A stretch of DNA of 64,000 nt. It comes from Marsupella aquatica. Taxonomy: Eukaryota > Plantae > Marchantiophyta. The notes under the pieces were generated by a model. That model had not been told where the DNA came from. It saw only the letters and a program-made list of their open reading frames with translations, and searched no databases. The stretch covers positions 9,497,661-9,561,660 of the forward strand of contig OZ316898.1 of the NCBI GenBank assembly GCA_973895155.1, given 5' to 3'. Position numbers and translations under genes: made by a program. This document shows positions 1 to 12,850 of the stretch, piece by piece (position 1 is the first letter of the stretch; every line of letters starts with the position of its first letter).

Positions 1-2104
1 ACAACATCTTCTTCTAGCACTGCGCTGAACGTGAATCATGGGAAAGCAACGCAGCGCACAAATGGGAAGAACAAGTTTAGATCTACATCACGGGGGAGAT
101 CTAAATCTAGAGGGAAATGGCAAGAGAGGAAGCCTCTTACATGTTGAAATTGTGGCAAGCCTGGCCACATGAAAAGGGATTGTCGAGTAAAGGTCCCTAC
201 TGCATCTGCTAACGCGGCATCGAGCTTGCATGAGGTAGATTTACTCGATGATGATGACATATTGTGATGTCAAGGTTATGCTCTTGAGCAACGTAGTGTC
301 AAATTCAGGTAGTGATGATTGGATTCTAGATAGTGCATGTATTTTTCACATTTACTCTCAGAGCAGAGATTTTTTTAGTTCTTACACGAATTCCAACGGT
401 TCCGTGTTGATGGGAAATGAAATCCCATGTCAAGTTGTTGGACTTGGATCTGTTAGATTTCAGATGTTTGATGGTACTGTGAGAACGTTGAGGAATGTGA
501 GACATATTCCCAGCATGATGAAAAATCTCATTTCACTTGGAGTTTTAGAAGCAAATGGCCATTAGTGGAGTTCTGCTAATGGTGTCCTTCAGGTTTCAAC
601 TAGAACTAAAGTTGTATTGAAGGGAAAGAGACATAGCAATCTATACGTTTTGGAGGGCAGTGTAGTTTGTAATGAAGCCAATGTAACCTTATCTCATGAG
701 GAAATGGCCCGGCTGTGGCACTTCCGTTTGGGCCACATAAGTGAAAAAGGTTTGATTATTCTTCAGAAGAAAGGATTACTTTCTAATTTGCAATCTTGTA
801 AGTTGGAATTTTGTGAGCACTGTGTGCTAGGAAAGCAGCACAGGAAACCCTTCGGAGTTGGAACTCACACCAGCAAGGAGGTACTTGAGTATGTACATAG
901 TGATGTGTGGGGTCCAGCCCCTACTCCCTCACATTCTGGACGGTTATACTACGTCACGTTCATAGACGATTACTCAAGGTATGTGTGGATATACTTTCTA
1001 CACAATAAGTCTGATGTTTTTGCCACTTTTAAGGAGTGGAAAGCCCAAGTAGAGAATCAGACTGGTAATAAGGTGAGATATCTTCGATCGGATAACAGGG
1101 TGAATACAGTTCCGGGGAATTTGGAACGTATTGTAAGGAGCAGGGGATTACCCACCATCTCACAACAAATTATACTCCTTAGCAAAATGGTGTTTTTGAG
1201 AGACTCAACCGAACATTATTGGATCGCTTGAGGAGTATGTTGAGTCAATCATGCTTACCACATGAGTTTTGGGCTGAAGCTATCAACACTCTAGCTTATT
1301 TGGTAAATTTTTCTCCATCCAGTTCTATTGGGTTCAAGACGCCATTTGAAATGAGGTACGGGCGTCCAGCAGATTACTCACATCTGAGGATTTTTAGATG
1401 TGATGCTTATGTGCTTACACCTTCCCAGCTTCGATCCAAGCTGGAGTCTAAGTCGAAGAAGTGCATTTTTCTTGGCTATCAGAAAGGTGTGAAGGGTTAT
1501 AGGTTATGGGATCCAGTAACTTGTAAACTAATTGTTAGTAGAGATGTGTCCTTTAATGAATCCAGATCATCAAAAGAGGGGGAGAGTTCTCAGGACTCCC
1601 ATACTGACAAGGGGAAATCTCTCATCCCGGACCGGGTTGAGGGGGAGATTAGTCATGATGATGTGCATGACAGGAGAGATGGAGAAGCTTCAGGCTTGGA
1701 GCTGGTTCCTGTGATGGAATAAGAGGAGCAGATTGTTGCTGGAGTACCTCAAAATCAGCCAGCAACAACAACAGATCAGCCTGAGTCATCTACTAGAAGA
1801 ACTTCCAATCGTTCTACTAGAGCTCCTACTAGGTATGGTCAATGGGTAGACTCATCTAAGCTAGATGATATTGACATTGCACCTGATGAAGATGATATGG
1901 CTTTGATCTTGGAAGAAGGTGATGGATAGCAGGGTGAAGCACATTGATATCAGGTACCATTTCATTAGGCAAGCAGTGTCTAATAAAACTTTTGAGCTAG
2001 TCAAGATTGATGGAAAGCTCAATCCCGCTCATGCCTTTACCAAAGTGATTTCTTTGGAGAGTTTCTCAAGACATCGTGCTACTTTGCAGGTTTTGCAGTT
2101 GTAG
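1..2104 (+). pseudogene. Copia gag-pol remnant (stops, frameshifts, RT deleted)
   Basis: ORF pieces 248-565, 617-1231, 1219-1722 and 1919-2104. The integrase-RT linker jumps straight to the RNase H tail at ~1920. Confidence 0.9.
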
Positions 2105-2311
2105 TACAAGTAGAGTTATTTAGCAATGTGTGACTATTTGTATATGGATTACTCATTCCTATTTGGCTACGGCTTAGTTCTAGTTAACCCTTAGTTAACC
2201 CTTGTGGTTTTTAGGGGGAGACCTGGTTTGGTGATTGTCTAGAACTTCCCGCTGAGGATTCCATATGGTAGCATTTAGTCCAGTCCCCAAGACAAGAGTC
2301 AAGGGGGAGTT

Positions 2312-2952
2312 TGTTAGATATTGCTCTTAGTCTTGTTGACTCATGAGCTAGCTACAGTTAGTCTAACTCGGGTTAGGACTTAGCTAATGTTAGCGGTAGT
2401 GCTATTGTGCACATAGCCAGGGCTGATGCCTCGGGGGGTTGACTATAAAAAATCTTAGGAACCACATGCGATCCAAAATAGGTATTTTGGATAGAACTTA
2501 ACTAAATTTTAAAAAAGCGTAGGAGGCAAAAGAAGGTATTATAAACTTATGTTTATAGAATATTCTCTAATATATATCTTTTATAAAGTAAAATAGGTTA
2601 TTAATATTGAAAATAGAGAATATTCTTGGAATATTTTCTTTATAAAATAGGTCTATTTATATTAGGCTAGGATCGCACGTGGTACCCCAAAATATACACT
2701 TAGTTAACCCCCCGAGGCTGATGCTAGACCCTGGTGGAACTTAGGCTCATTGTTACGGAGCTAGTTGAGAGATAAGGAGAGCTTGTGCTGTGGATGCTTG
2801 GTATGGCCGGTCGGCCTAGAGTGCAGTAAAGCTCTTGTGTATTCTCGTGGACGTAGTCTCATGTGGAGGTGAACCACGTATCTCTCTGTGTCGACTCTTG
2901 TGCGTTGGATGGTTCATGGGCTTGCTGTTATGAATGTCGTCTATGCTCAACA
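2312..2952 (+). repeat. 3' LTR of the Copia element (interrupted by a MITE)
   Basis: Starts TGTTAG right after the PPT and ends CTCAACA before an abrupt switch to AT-rich DNA. The partner LTR is not in the window, so the right end is inferred. Confidence 0.7.
2430..2716. mobile_element. MITE (287 bp; hAT- or Mutator-like) inserted in the Copia LTR
   Basis: TIR CTCGGGGGGTTGACTA / TAGTTAACCCCCCGAG with further imperfect symmetry (GGAACCACATGCGATCC / GGATCGCACGTGGTACC). AT-rich core. Flanking duplication GCTGATGC at 2422-2429 and 2717-2724. Confidence 0.85.
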
Positions 2953-5900
2953 AATATATCATATTCTTTTTATGTATACCCTTCTTTCTAAAAAATTTTT
3001 ATATAGGTAATTATTTTAATAATCATATATAGTATATCATTTTTTTTATGTACATATTTTTTTCTATGTGTATATGTTATGATAAATAGTAATCATGACA
3101 AAACGTATACATGCTTATCATTTGACATAGATCATGGTCATGAGTTTTCCATTCACATGATGAACCATGAAGTTGTGTCTAGAGGTATCAACTCTAGCTT
3201 ATAGTTGACACTTTATAAGTAAGATTGAGGGGAAGACTTCTCTTTCAGTGCAACCGAAGTCTAATAAAAAGTATTGACTCCAATGCTCATCTCACTTTGT
3301 CAATGAGAAGCCTTGCCCCAAACCTTGACACTCTTCATCCCAAATTGGATTGTGTAAAGTCAAAGTTAGTTTATACCTTAAAGAAAAAGGGTAAGTTGGT
3401 TTGGGGAGGAACACCTTACTTGAATGAAGATTGCCCAAGTAGTTTTTTAGGCGCTCACCAACTCTAAACTACTGGGTTTTGGCAGGTTTGTTTTGCTTAT
3501 TTGAAATACTTCCAACATGTTCTAGAGAGTCTCAAACTTTGTCAGAGTGTAAATAGTTATAATTGTATTCTGAAAATCATTCTCTTTCTTGTCTACAATT
3601 CTTCCAGCCCATCACCTGCAAAAAAAATATAGGATTGCTTTTATTACGGACCCCCATTAGGGGTCATTTGCAAAATTCCTGGCTCCACAGCGCGCCACAC
3701 CATCATGGCACGTTGCAAACAGGAAGAGACTTGTTTTTGAATAAAATTAACTTCTGCATTCGTGTTTGTGGCAAGTTTGCTGTAAAAACTGGGACGCCAT
3801 GCCGTAAAAACAAATGCAAAAAAACTGACATGCAAATCAAAAGACAAAAAGATTGAGGTAAAATTGCTCCCCAAAATGGTTTTATTTATATTTTGATTTT
3901 ATTCAAAACATAAAATTTTCCCGGTAGCACTTTTCAATTTGACATTGTTGAGTCAAATCATAATGAAAACTCACGTATAATATGGCGTAAGAAAGATCTT
4001 GAAGAGACGGTCCCGATGAGCTCAACATTGTCATCATTCGGTAAAAATTGAGTAAGTAGTTTGAAAAATAAATTTTACCCTTGATTTCATAATCTCTACG
4101 TGAATAGAATTTTTGTTATACAACCCCTGAAATGTTGACCCTTTCTATGAGAATGAACCTAAAATTGGCAAATTTTATTGAGTACTAAGGAGATTATGAA
4201 TTTTAGAATTTCTTTAGCTTTTTAACATTGATAAATTTAGTTGAGTTATGAGGAGATTATAAATTTCCAATGTTCTTGACCTTTCCAATGAGTGTAACAT
4301 TGGGAGATTTTATCAAATACTAAATGGTCATGAGTTTCTAAATTTCTCTAGCTTTTGATTAATTTTGAATTTCACAATTGGAGATTTGTTTCCATGAAAT
4401 TTTTTGTCTTAAATGATTATGCAAAGTTAATGATTTGATGACACCGATGACTTCTCTCTCTTCGTCTATCTGTGTGTAGGAATTGAAAGTGATTACTTCG
4501 ATGCAACTTGAGTGCATCCAGCATCCCTTCGGTACCGTGGAGGAAACCGTCGAGCACCATTTTGCTGAAATGAGCAATTAAGCTACCCACACATTAAACA
4601 TTAGTTCACATTGCAACTGGTTTTGCGATTGATGTTAATTATGGTTGCCTTGGTAACTTTGACAATTGTTTCAAGTGTCAAATATTGACTTGTCCATTTT
4701 TGAATTTTTTTTCTTTAGATTTGGAGGTCCATCTAGGTTTCACTTTGTAGATAACTGCCTCTAAAATAACATGGGGGTCCACGGATTAATGGAGTTTCAA
4801 GGAAGACTCGTAGGTTTATGTGAAAGAACATTATAAATTTTGAACAAATGTCATGGGTGATATGCATGGGACCCACTCAGAGTGAGGCCCACAAGGGCTG
4901 AAACCTTACTTAACCCTAGCACATAGCACATATGCCTACTGTAGTCCTGTGCTAATGGGAGTGGCCAGTGCCTTAGTTCAATCATTTCCAAATATCTCTC
5001 TACCAATCAAACCAGGAGCCTTTTGGTATCCACTTCCCTACCAAAATGGCTACCACAACTAAGTGTCGAATTGTCCTCCTGTCTGCAGGGCCCTTTGAGT
5101 CTAATCCTCCTGCTCTTGGATCCACCTTTTCACATGGTCACCAAACCCATCACCCAAAATTGGAAGTGCTCTGAATCTACTTCTTGAGACTAGATCTGGA
5201 AAAGTTTTTTTATCTACCACACCCATCCGTGCAATTGACTTGTCAAACAGACTTCGGACAATGAAGACATGCTCTCCTGAGTTTCCAACATGATTTGGTA
5301 GGCTCATGCACATCCATACAGACTTGGATAGCACACTCAGAAAAATTATAAACTTGCAGAGCACATCTGTCTTGGAAATGGACCCTCGTGAATTTGGAAA
5401 TATATTGACACTTGGGCTCCTCACACTCGGGCTCATCAAACCTGCGAATGTTTGTGTATATCATATGTCATCAAGTGAAGTAGTAAACTTGCATAAACTA
5501 TTCGGGTACTTTTCTTTCGATCTATCAAGTCTCCTCTCCTTTTTCTATTTTGAGAGAGTTCTGTCAGACGTATTGTTCATCGAGTCCAATGCCCGACTAT
5601 CAACTTCAATTCTAATGTTATCACAACAGACCATGACATCTTTGTTGTGCATACATTGAGCACTCATATCTCAATTGTTTTTTGCCTTGAAAACCGAAAG
5701 CAGGCCCATCCTACAGAGGATAGACGTCCTGCTTTGGAGCATACATTTGCACTCAAATCTCAATTGAATCGCTTTGAAGGCTCAACCCGCTATCTACAAC
5801 ATCTTATACAAGGGCTACTCTAATGTAGCCGAGCTCTGTCGCAGCTGCATTGATGGGACGATGATGGGGACGACGTTTGATGGGCACGCTTTTGTGCATT

Positions 5901-5958
5901 GGTTGATGATGCGAAGGTCGAAGAGTCGTCAATCTGTGCATAAACGAAAATATTTTCT

Positions 5959-8659
5959 CTATGTAGGACCGATCGAGTCGTTTGGCCACGACTCCAGATC
6001 TATGACCAGTGGTTTCATCTTGTCGTAAATCTCAATTGATAAGAAGGTCTCCTCTACCCGCTCCGAAGATACACCTCCAGAACCTTAAAGCCCTCTGGCA
6101 TTTAGAAATGCCACTACCTGCCGCATGCTGGGCCTCATTCTACTATCTTCGTGCAGGCACATCTTTGACAGTTCCACCAGAGAACCCAACTCTTCAGGTT
6201 CATATTCGCCGTTCAGCCTTTCGTCCACCAGCTCGTGATAGAGGGATGGACTGGTCACATAGGGAGCCGCCCAGGAGCTTAGTGAAGCCGCGTTGTAGAT
6301 GGCTTGATGCCCAGAGATGAGCTCGAGTAACACTACTCCATAGCTGTACACATCACTCTTGGAAGAGAATACTCCAGAGAGGAAGTACTGTGGATCCAAA
6401 TAGCCAATTGAGCCTTTCACTATGGTCTCGATCGACTGGAAGGCTGTGGCATCTGCAGGAGCAGATTTGGAGAGCCCGAAGTCAGCAAGCTTAGCCGAAT
6501 CCGTGGCTGTTAGCAGGATATTCTGTGACTTCACATCTCTGTGTACAATTGGAGGGTCTGCATCGTGGTGAAGGTATTCAAGACCATAGGCGACATCGGA
6601 TGCAATTTTGGTCCGCTTGTGCCACGGGATGACATTCGCACATAACTGACGCATCTCCATGGAATCCATTATATTATTGCTTGGAGGGATCGGTATTGCA
6701 GGCTCGTGGAGTCGATCGTAAAGGCTCCCATTTGGGAGATACTCAAACACCAGCATGTGGGCCCCTGCATGCGCAGGCCACCTGTCAATCGACGCTACCT
6801 TGATTGAACTAAATTTACTCCGAGACGTCTACAGATCATAATACTAGGAATTTGAAAAGCTTTCAAGTCGCTCGAACGTAATATCGACTGCGCGCCTCTA
6901 GTAGAGCAATAGCTAATGAAAGGCTCTGGACGAACCTCGGTGAATGCAATATCCTATCAAGTTGACGAGATTGCGGTGGTGAACTCGCAATAACACCACG
7001 ATTTCATCCGAAGCAAGAACTTTGGAAGATGTTAGCCCCTTCCGTTTTTCCACTTTGACAGCTCCAGCTGTGCCATTTGGAAAATCAGCTTTGTACACGG
7101 TGCCGAATGCCCCCTCGCCCAGCACAGCACTAAAACTTTTGGTGGCGGCGGTCAGTTCCTTGACGGAAAATAATCTTGCAGTGTCTGTCTCGTAGAGATT
7201 GGAGTAATCCTCCTCAGGCGGAAAGAACCTCTTCCTACCGAAAACAATACCCACTATGCTAACGATGAGAAGAGCAAGTCCAGCGACAGACCCAACAACT
7301 ACCTGAAACGTTGTCGTTTCCCAAATAGAAGCCTTCTTAAGACGTAACAGTGTAACGTTGTCTATCATAGGCCCACAGCTGCTATTGAAATTAAGGCTCG
7401 TGAAGGAAATTGTGGTGACGTTAGCAGAAGCTGTGAACGTTATGGAGTGAGGCTGCCATTGAGATGGAGCAACAATGGAGCTACTCGACGTCCTCACATC
7501 TATGCTGAAGTTCTGCTGGAAGCCATACCCATCAATCTGTGCCGCTTGGAGTGTGCTGTTGGAAGTCGGGTTAGTTATCCGCACCTGCAATTGAGCCTTC
7601 TGGTACGATGTATTGCATAATGGCCGGTTGCTTACTTCCAACTTTGGAGGGAAACCAGTGAAGTAGAAAGAAAGGAGGTCCTCGCTTCCTACCTGGGTTC
7701 TAATTGTTTGACTCACCTGACCCCTGAAATCTCCATCTGCATATGTATTCAAATGAATGCTCCATAATCCATGAGCTGGTTCAATCAATCCGGCTTTCAC
7801 GTAATCAATGGGGCCATAATCAATGACCCAACCGCAAAGTGAGAAGTAGGTGGGACGTGTCTGACGACTGACGGTATTCGTTCCTAGCGATATCCTCTCC
7901 AGCTTGAATAGTGCTGCTTTCAAAATCTCCGTTGACGATTTCATCTAGAGACGAATTTGTGATCTCAAGCAACCCTTGGATTGTGAATCTGTTAGTAGAC
8001 CTATCAATCAAGTTATTTGCGGACATAAATATGAAATTAGCGGAGAACGTGAACCCTGGAGTTGAGCTGCTGGGGAGGGACGAATTTAGCGTCATATACT
8101 GAGAAGTCACATAGTTAGACGGGTTGGTGTCCTTGTCAGGGATTTCTCCCCCCAGAAATAGGTCTTCCCCTTGTGGCCCCGGCAATGCACTAATGACGCG
8201 ACTGCCGTTCCTCCTCCACTGTTGACTAACTGCAGAAGAATTGCAGGGGCGCAATTTCAGTAGACTCAGAGAACTCCAAGCCACAGCATCGATACACAGG
8301 ATTGGGGTAAGAACTCCGAAGACGATGGTTTGTGTGGGTTCGTGGTAAGTCCACATTTCGTTCGGCGAAGAGCCATCACACCTATATGTGGCAATCGTGC
8401 GATTCCAGAAATGGCCCTTTGCTTGATCTGCAGGAGTTGGAGTATAGCCATTTGGATCGTATGTCAATGCGTTGACGCAATACTGACAATAAGGCTCCAC
8501 ACCGCTTGGATATGTGCCACTGGCGATCCATCCGAAGTCGTAATCAGCCTGGTTTGAGCTGTAGTTCCAGCCCGCCTGGACCGGCAAAGCTACGAAGGGA
8601 ATACACATCCAGCTGATAGTCGCCCAAAGCCACAACATGTTAAGCATTTGATGCGCCAT
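5959..8659 (-). pseudogene. Ricin-B-lectin-like/DUF642-like receptor-like kinase, copy 1 (frameshifted)
   Basis: Signal peptide, ectodomain, TM segment and RD kinase (HRDVKSQN, DFG) are collinear with the intact paralog at 51202-53947. GT-AG intron 6935-6765. A 7-bp insertion at 7861-7873 shifts the frame. Premature TAA at 6085-6087; paralog-like sequence continues in frame to TAG at 5959-5961. Confidence 0.9.
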
Positions 8660-9745
8660 ATCGCCAGTATATAAATCGAGTCAAGGTGGTCGTTGGACAC
8701 GCACGAACTAGACCTGTCCGCCGGTCGTATGGCCCGACCATTAAGTCAAGTATCTACGGGCACAAGGAGGAGGATCTCCCTTAGCATGAGAAATCCGGAA
8801 AGGCACGTCACTTGAATTGAATGCTACCATATACGGTATGGTCGGAATTGAAATCACTGACCGGGAATGCTGATCAGAAATCTGATTGTAATAGATGGGT
8901 TCGCTATTTGCTAGACGATTAAAGCCAATTGGGTTGGAGCGAAACCTAGCCAACTTTTGGCAGACTCCTTATATAGGAGAACCATATCGTCTAAATTGAA
9001 TTTCACGTGTTAATGTACTGTCATCTGACTGGGCCAATGCTACACGGTCTACACTCAGTGCCAATTCAAACTCAAAACTAGTTTCACCTGTGAAAGCTAC
9101 ACTGCAGCACACCGCCCTGGGAGATAACAACTGCATGCTCGAATGGAAAGCTATTAATGATCGAGGAGGTTGAAAGAGTTCCAGTCCACCTGATCACGGA
9201 GACATTCAACAAAGAACGATTTCGAGCTGATGAATTCCTTCCAATCAAACCCAAACATCCTCGGCATAATTATGGTCATTTCTCGAGGGGAACGGTGGGA
9301 GCAAAGTTTGGAGGTAGTCGCGTCCAGTGGAGTGGCCCACCGATCGCCATTAGGATAAATCTGATGGCCAGTGTGCGTTGATTATACGTTTTCCATTCAA
9401 TCAATCGTATGTCGTTCACATGTTTGAGCTCAATATACAAATTCCCAAATCCCAATGTGGCCTACGTCTACAGGACGAAGACCTGGAACTTGAACAGCAA
9501 TAATTCCGTATAGCTCTGTCCGACTTTTTCAGCGAAAAGTTAGATCGACGAATAGGTCATAAGGCCCAGTAGCTCGTCCAAATTGAGAAAGATGCAAACA
9601 ACTCCCGAAATCCGAGTAAAAGTGTGCATCATGATCGAGAACGGTACATGTGATTGACACTGGCAAGCTCATCAACTTAATGTTCTCGTTGAAGGATAGA
9701 TTGTTGCTTTGCCTTTGGGATCTTGTCTCCCTGTTTGGCATTTTT

Positions 9746-9864
9746 GCCCTTGGGCACTGTGTTATATACTTCCTTTGCCGCACTTTTGATTTATTGTCGT
9801 CAAAGCCCCTGGGCACTGTGTTATATACTTTCTTTGGCCCACTTCTGATTTATTGTCGTCAAAG
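9746..9864. repeat. 59-bp tandem duplication
   Basis: Two near-identical copies of GGGCACTGTGTTATATACTT...GATTTATTGTCGTCAAAG. Confidence 0.85.
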
Positions 9865-10098
9865 TAACTCAGTAACTCTAATGACCACTTCCTGTTCCAA
9901 ACATGGACTCCAGGTCTTGGTTTTTCCTCAACCCATGTCTAGTTGGCTTTAGGGCCCAGCTGGTTCAACCCTCTCTCCCTCCTCTGGTCAGTTTGGGGTT
10001 TAGGGTGTAGGGAAAAAGGAGGAAGAAAGGAAAAACTGAAAGCAAAAAAGGGGACAAATAGAAAAGGAAGGAAGGCCGGGAGATTTTGATCAAAAAAA

Positions 10099-10191
10099 CT
10101 TATGAGGGCCAGACATTTCTCCCCGTCAACCTTGCTTAACATGCTTATGAGGGCCAGACATTTCTCCCCGTCAACCTTGCTTAACATGCTT
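10099..10191. repeat. 45-bp exact tandem duplication
   Basis: CTTATGAGGGCCAGACATTTCTCCCCGTCAACCTTGCTTAACATG occurs twice. Confidence 0.9.
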
Positions 10192-11448
10192 CCATGCCTG
10201 CCCAACAATGATAACATTTGGTACAATGCAGAGAAACATGCAACTGTAATAACAACAGTTTTGCAAGAATAAGACGTCGACTGCATTGATCACCCAACCA
10301 AAAATAACAACAGTCACTTATGGTTACCACTAAGTTGAAACGACAAGATCTCCAAAACAACATAGCTGGAACAACACTTCTACAATAGTAATGTACATGC
10401 CTCCGCAATAATCAAATGTCACTCTGTCTTGATCACACTCTGAGATTTACAACACAACAACATCCATTGCACGCCAACATGTCCACAACAATTGTAGCTT
10501 AACCACAAGTTCCACAACATGGCTGCAAATAACCACTAGACTGCAAACTAACCCACTAACCATGCAAACTAGACTTAACCCCAAATCTATGACTAACAGG
10601 CAAAACATGGGTAAGAGAGCCATGGATGACCTGCATTGTACGTTTGAATGTGTTGATTTTTATCATTCAAAATTAATAAGCAAAACTAACAAAGCAGTGA
10701 GGTCCCATAATTATGATATTGTGAGTGAAAGATCCCCACTACCCCGTGCATCCCCCTCTTGAGGTGGGAGAGAGTATGGAGGTTAAGTTGAGGGCGGTGA
10801 TAACCATCCAATGAAAAAGAATTGACCAAATGTACATTGACAGTTGGATCATTCCTAGCTAACTAGGCTTACTTTGCTTAATTAATCCACCATGAAAAAT
10901 GTGACAATTTAGTAATAAAATAAAATGGCTACAAACAATATAATTAGACCCCCCAAAACAAGAGAATATATGTCACTATTGATTATATCCTACCCATGTC
11001 ACTTATTCATGTTGGGTATTTATTCCCATTTGCCATAATGATTAAGAAAAATTGGTTTGGTGATTATTTTAATTTTAATTTGGGCCTCCGATGGCTGGCT
11101 ACCTTGTTATTTTTCTATCTGAAAAATATTTGAACACCCCATATATATTCCATTTATTATGTCAATGTAGAAATTAATGGAACCCCTTGAAGTTCATTTC
11201 TTTCTTTGCCACCTTTTCTCTAATGTTAATTGAAGGGAAAAGGAAATCTGTTTTATGCCCGATTAGAACTCAGGACATCAAGTATCCAACTGGACTCTTC
11301 AAACACTGGGTCACAATAGATCTATGGTACAGATGATGTAACTTATATATTCACATTTATATAAATCATTCTGACATTCCCAGAACCTCCTCTCGGCGAC
11401 TCGGCCCGTGCCTTCGTTTTCCTGGGCACACAGTTTGAGACTTTTAAA

Positions 11449-12850
11449 TTTTTTTCTTGAAAGGAACATTTTACTCATAAGAAAAGTAAATCCCAATAAT
11501 CCAGGGAGTAAACAAGCCAGGCCCACAACAGGGCGAAAGCTAAACACCACTCAAGAACCAACACTCATCCAGAAAAGAGGGACAGGGTAAAAAAGGGGAA
11601 GTGAAAAGGAAACCTACAGTCTCCCACCAAAAGAAAGCTATGGAGCACAACAGAAGTGAGGGCCAACTCAACTTAAAGTCCAAGAAGAGACCAAGAAACG
11701 GTCCAGATTTGGAAACACTGAACCCAGATGATAATCCAGAAAAGAGGATAATCCAACTGTACAAAGCCACTACTCCTAACCTTGGAATAACCACACATAC
11801 GAGGTGCCAGGTCAAACTGAATAAAAATAATTCAAGGTGGTTCAAAAAACCACAGTGGGCTTACATCCACAACCAGCATATTATCATGCAAAGAGTACAG
11901 TCCATCGATACTACCAAAGTCTTTCTTCATTGCCCAAGAAGTCCTCGTCTGCGTTGACTATTCTTATCAACCTGCTTCAACCCCTTGTTCCAAGTGATCG
12001 TCATATGAAGACGAATCTCATGCCAAATTTTACACTCAATCGCACGAGCCAAAATCCACACCTTCTCCTTACACCACCACTGTCCATATAAAAGGAGAAG
12101 TGTCCAAGACTCCTCACTTTTTCACATTGCTCTCCTCTAGCATGAGACTTTGCTCCACTGTTTCAGTAAAAGTATACTAAAAATGGTGAAACCTGGTGTA
12201 ACCAATTTTGTCATGGACAATGGCGCTTTAATAACCAAAGAAAAACGAGCCTTCCATAATTGTCAACAGGTGATTCCACGTATCAGATGCCAAAGAATTT
12301 ATTGGAACGTTCCTGCATGGTGTAACACATGGCTTTCCCAGCAACACATGTGCAGCAACAAAGTAGAAAGAAGAATCCTGTGAATCCAAAGCATGTATCA
12401 TCAGCTGCTTAATCTAGGACCAAATCTTAACCTATTCAGAACAATCCCAAAAACAATTATGCAGTATATCTTCATGGATTTCACCCTCACATCTTTTACA
12501 CCACCACTCATTTGATCTTGAGAAACGAATGATAACCCCATCCTCATTTTTGTGTGTTGATCTCCTTCCAATGAAATTATTAGTAGCAATGATACGATGG
12601 ACAATTTGCCACAAAAAGAAATTCACTTTCGCTTCCCTGAACTTCTTCCAAGTACTGCTCCAAATGCTTCTAGGCTCAGAGACATTTCAAATCTGCATGC
12701 GCCACTTTTGCAGACCTCCAAACTGCACAGAATCCTTTTGTTGTAATAGTTCACGAAGGCTACCAGTGGACGCACGAAAGAATCCATTCCCGTTCTTCCA
12801 GCAAAAACATTAAGATTTTTTGATGCGCTTCAATTCCCATGCTCTTCATC
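11449..12850 (-). mobile_element. 5'-truncated, degenerate L1-type LINE
   Basis: zf-RVT-like motif FFLWQIVHRIIAT...CKRC...EDILHNCFWDC (12432-12626). A-rich 3' tail on the minus strand at ~11449. The 5' boundary is approximate. Confidence 0.65.

Larger units (their letters stand above)
1..2952 (+). mobile_element. Ty1/Copia LTR retrotransposon, internally deleted; 5' end lies outside the window
   Basis: Broken zinc knuckle (C*NCGKPGHMKRDC, ~140-183), protease WILDSAC, GAG-pre-integrase LWHFRLGH, integrase VHSDVWGP/FIDDYSR and RNase H C-terminus KHIDIRYHFIR occur in Copia order. PPT AAGGGGGAG (2301-2309) is followed by a TG...CA segment at 2312-2952. Confidence 0.92.

Noticed and set aside
5101-5659. 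Overlapping short ORFs
   Set aside because: No recognisable motif; possibly a decayed TE, but unsupported.
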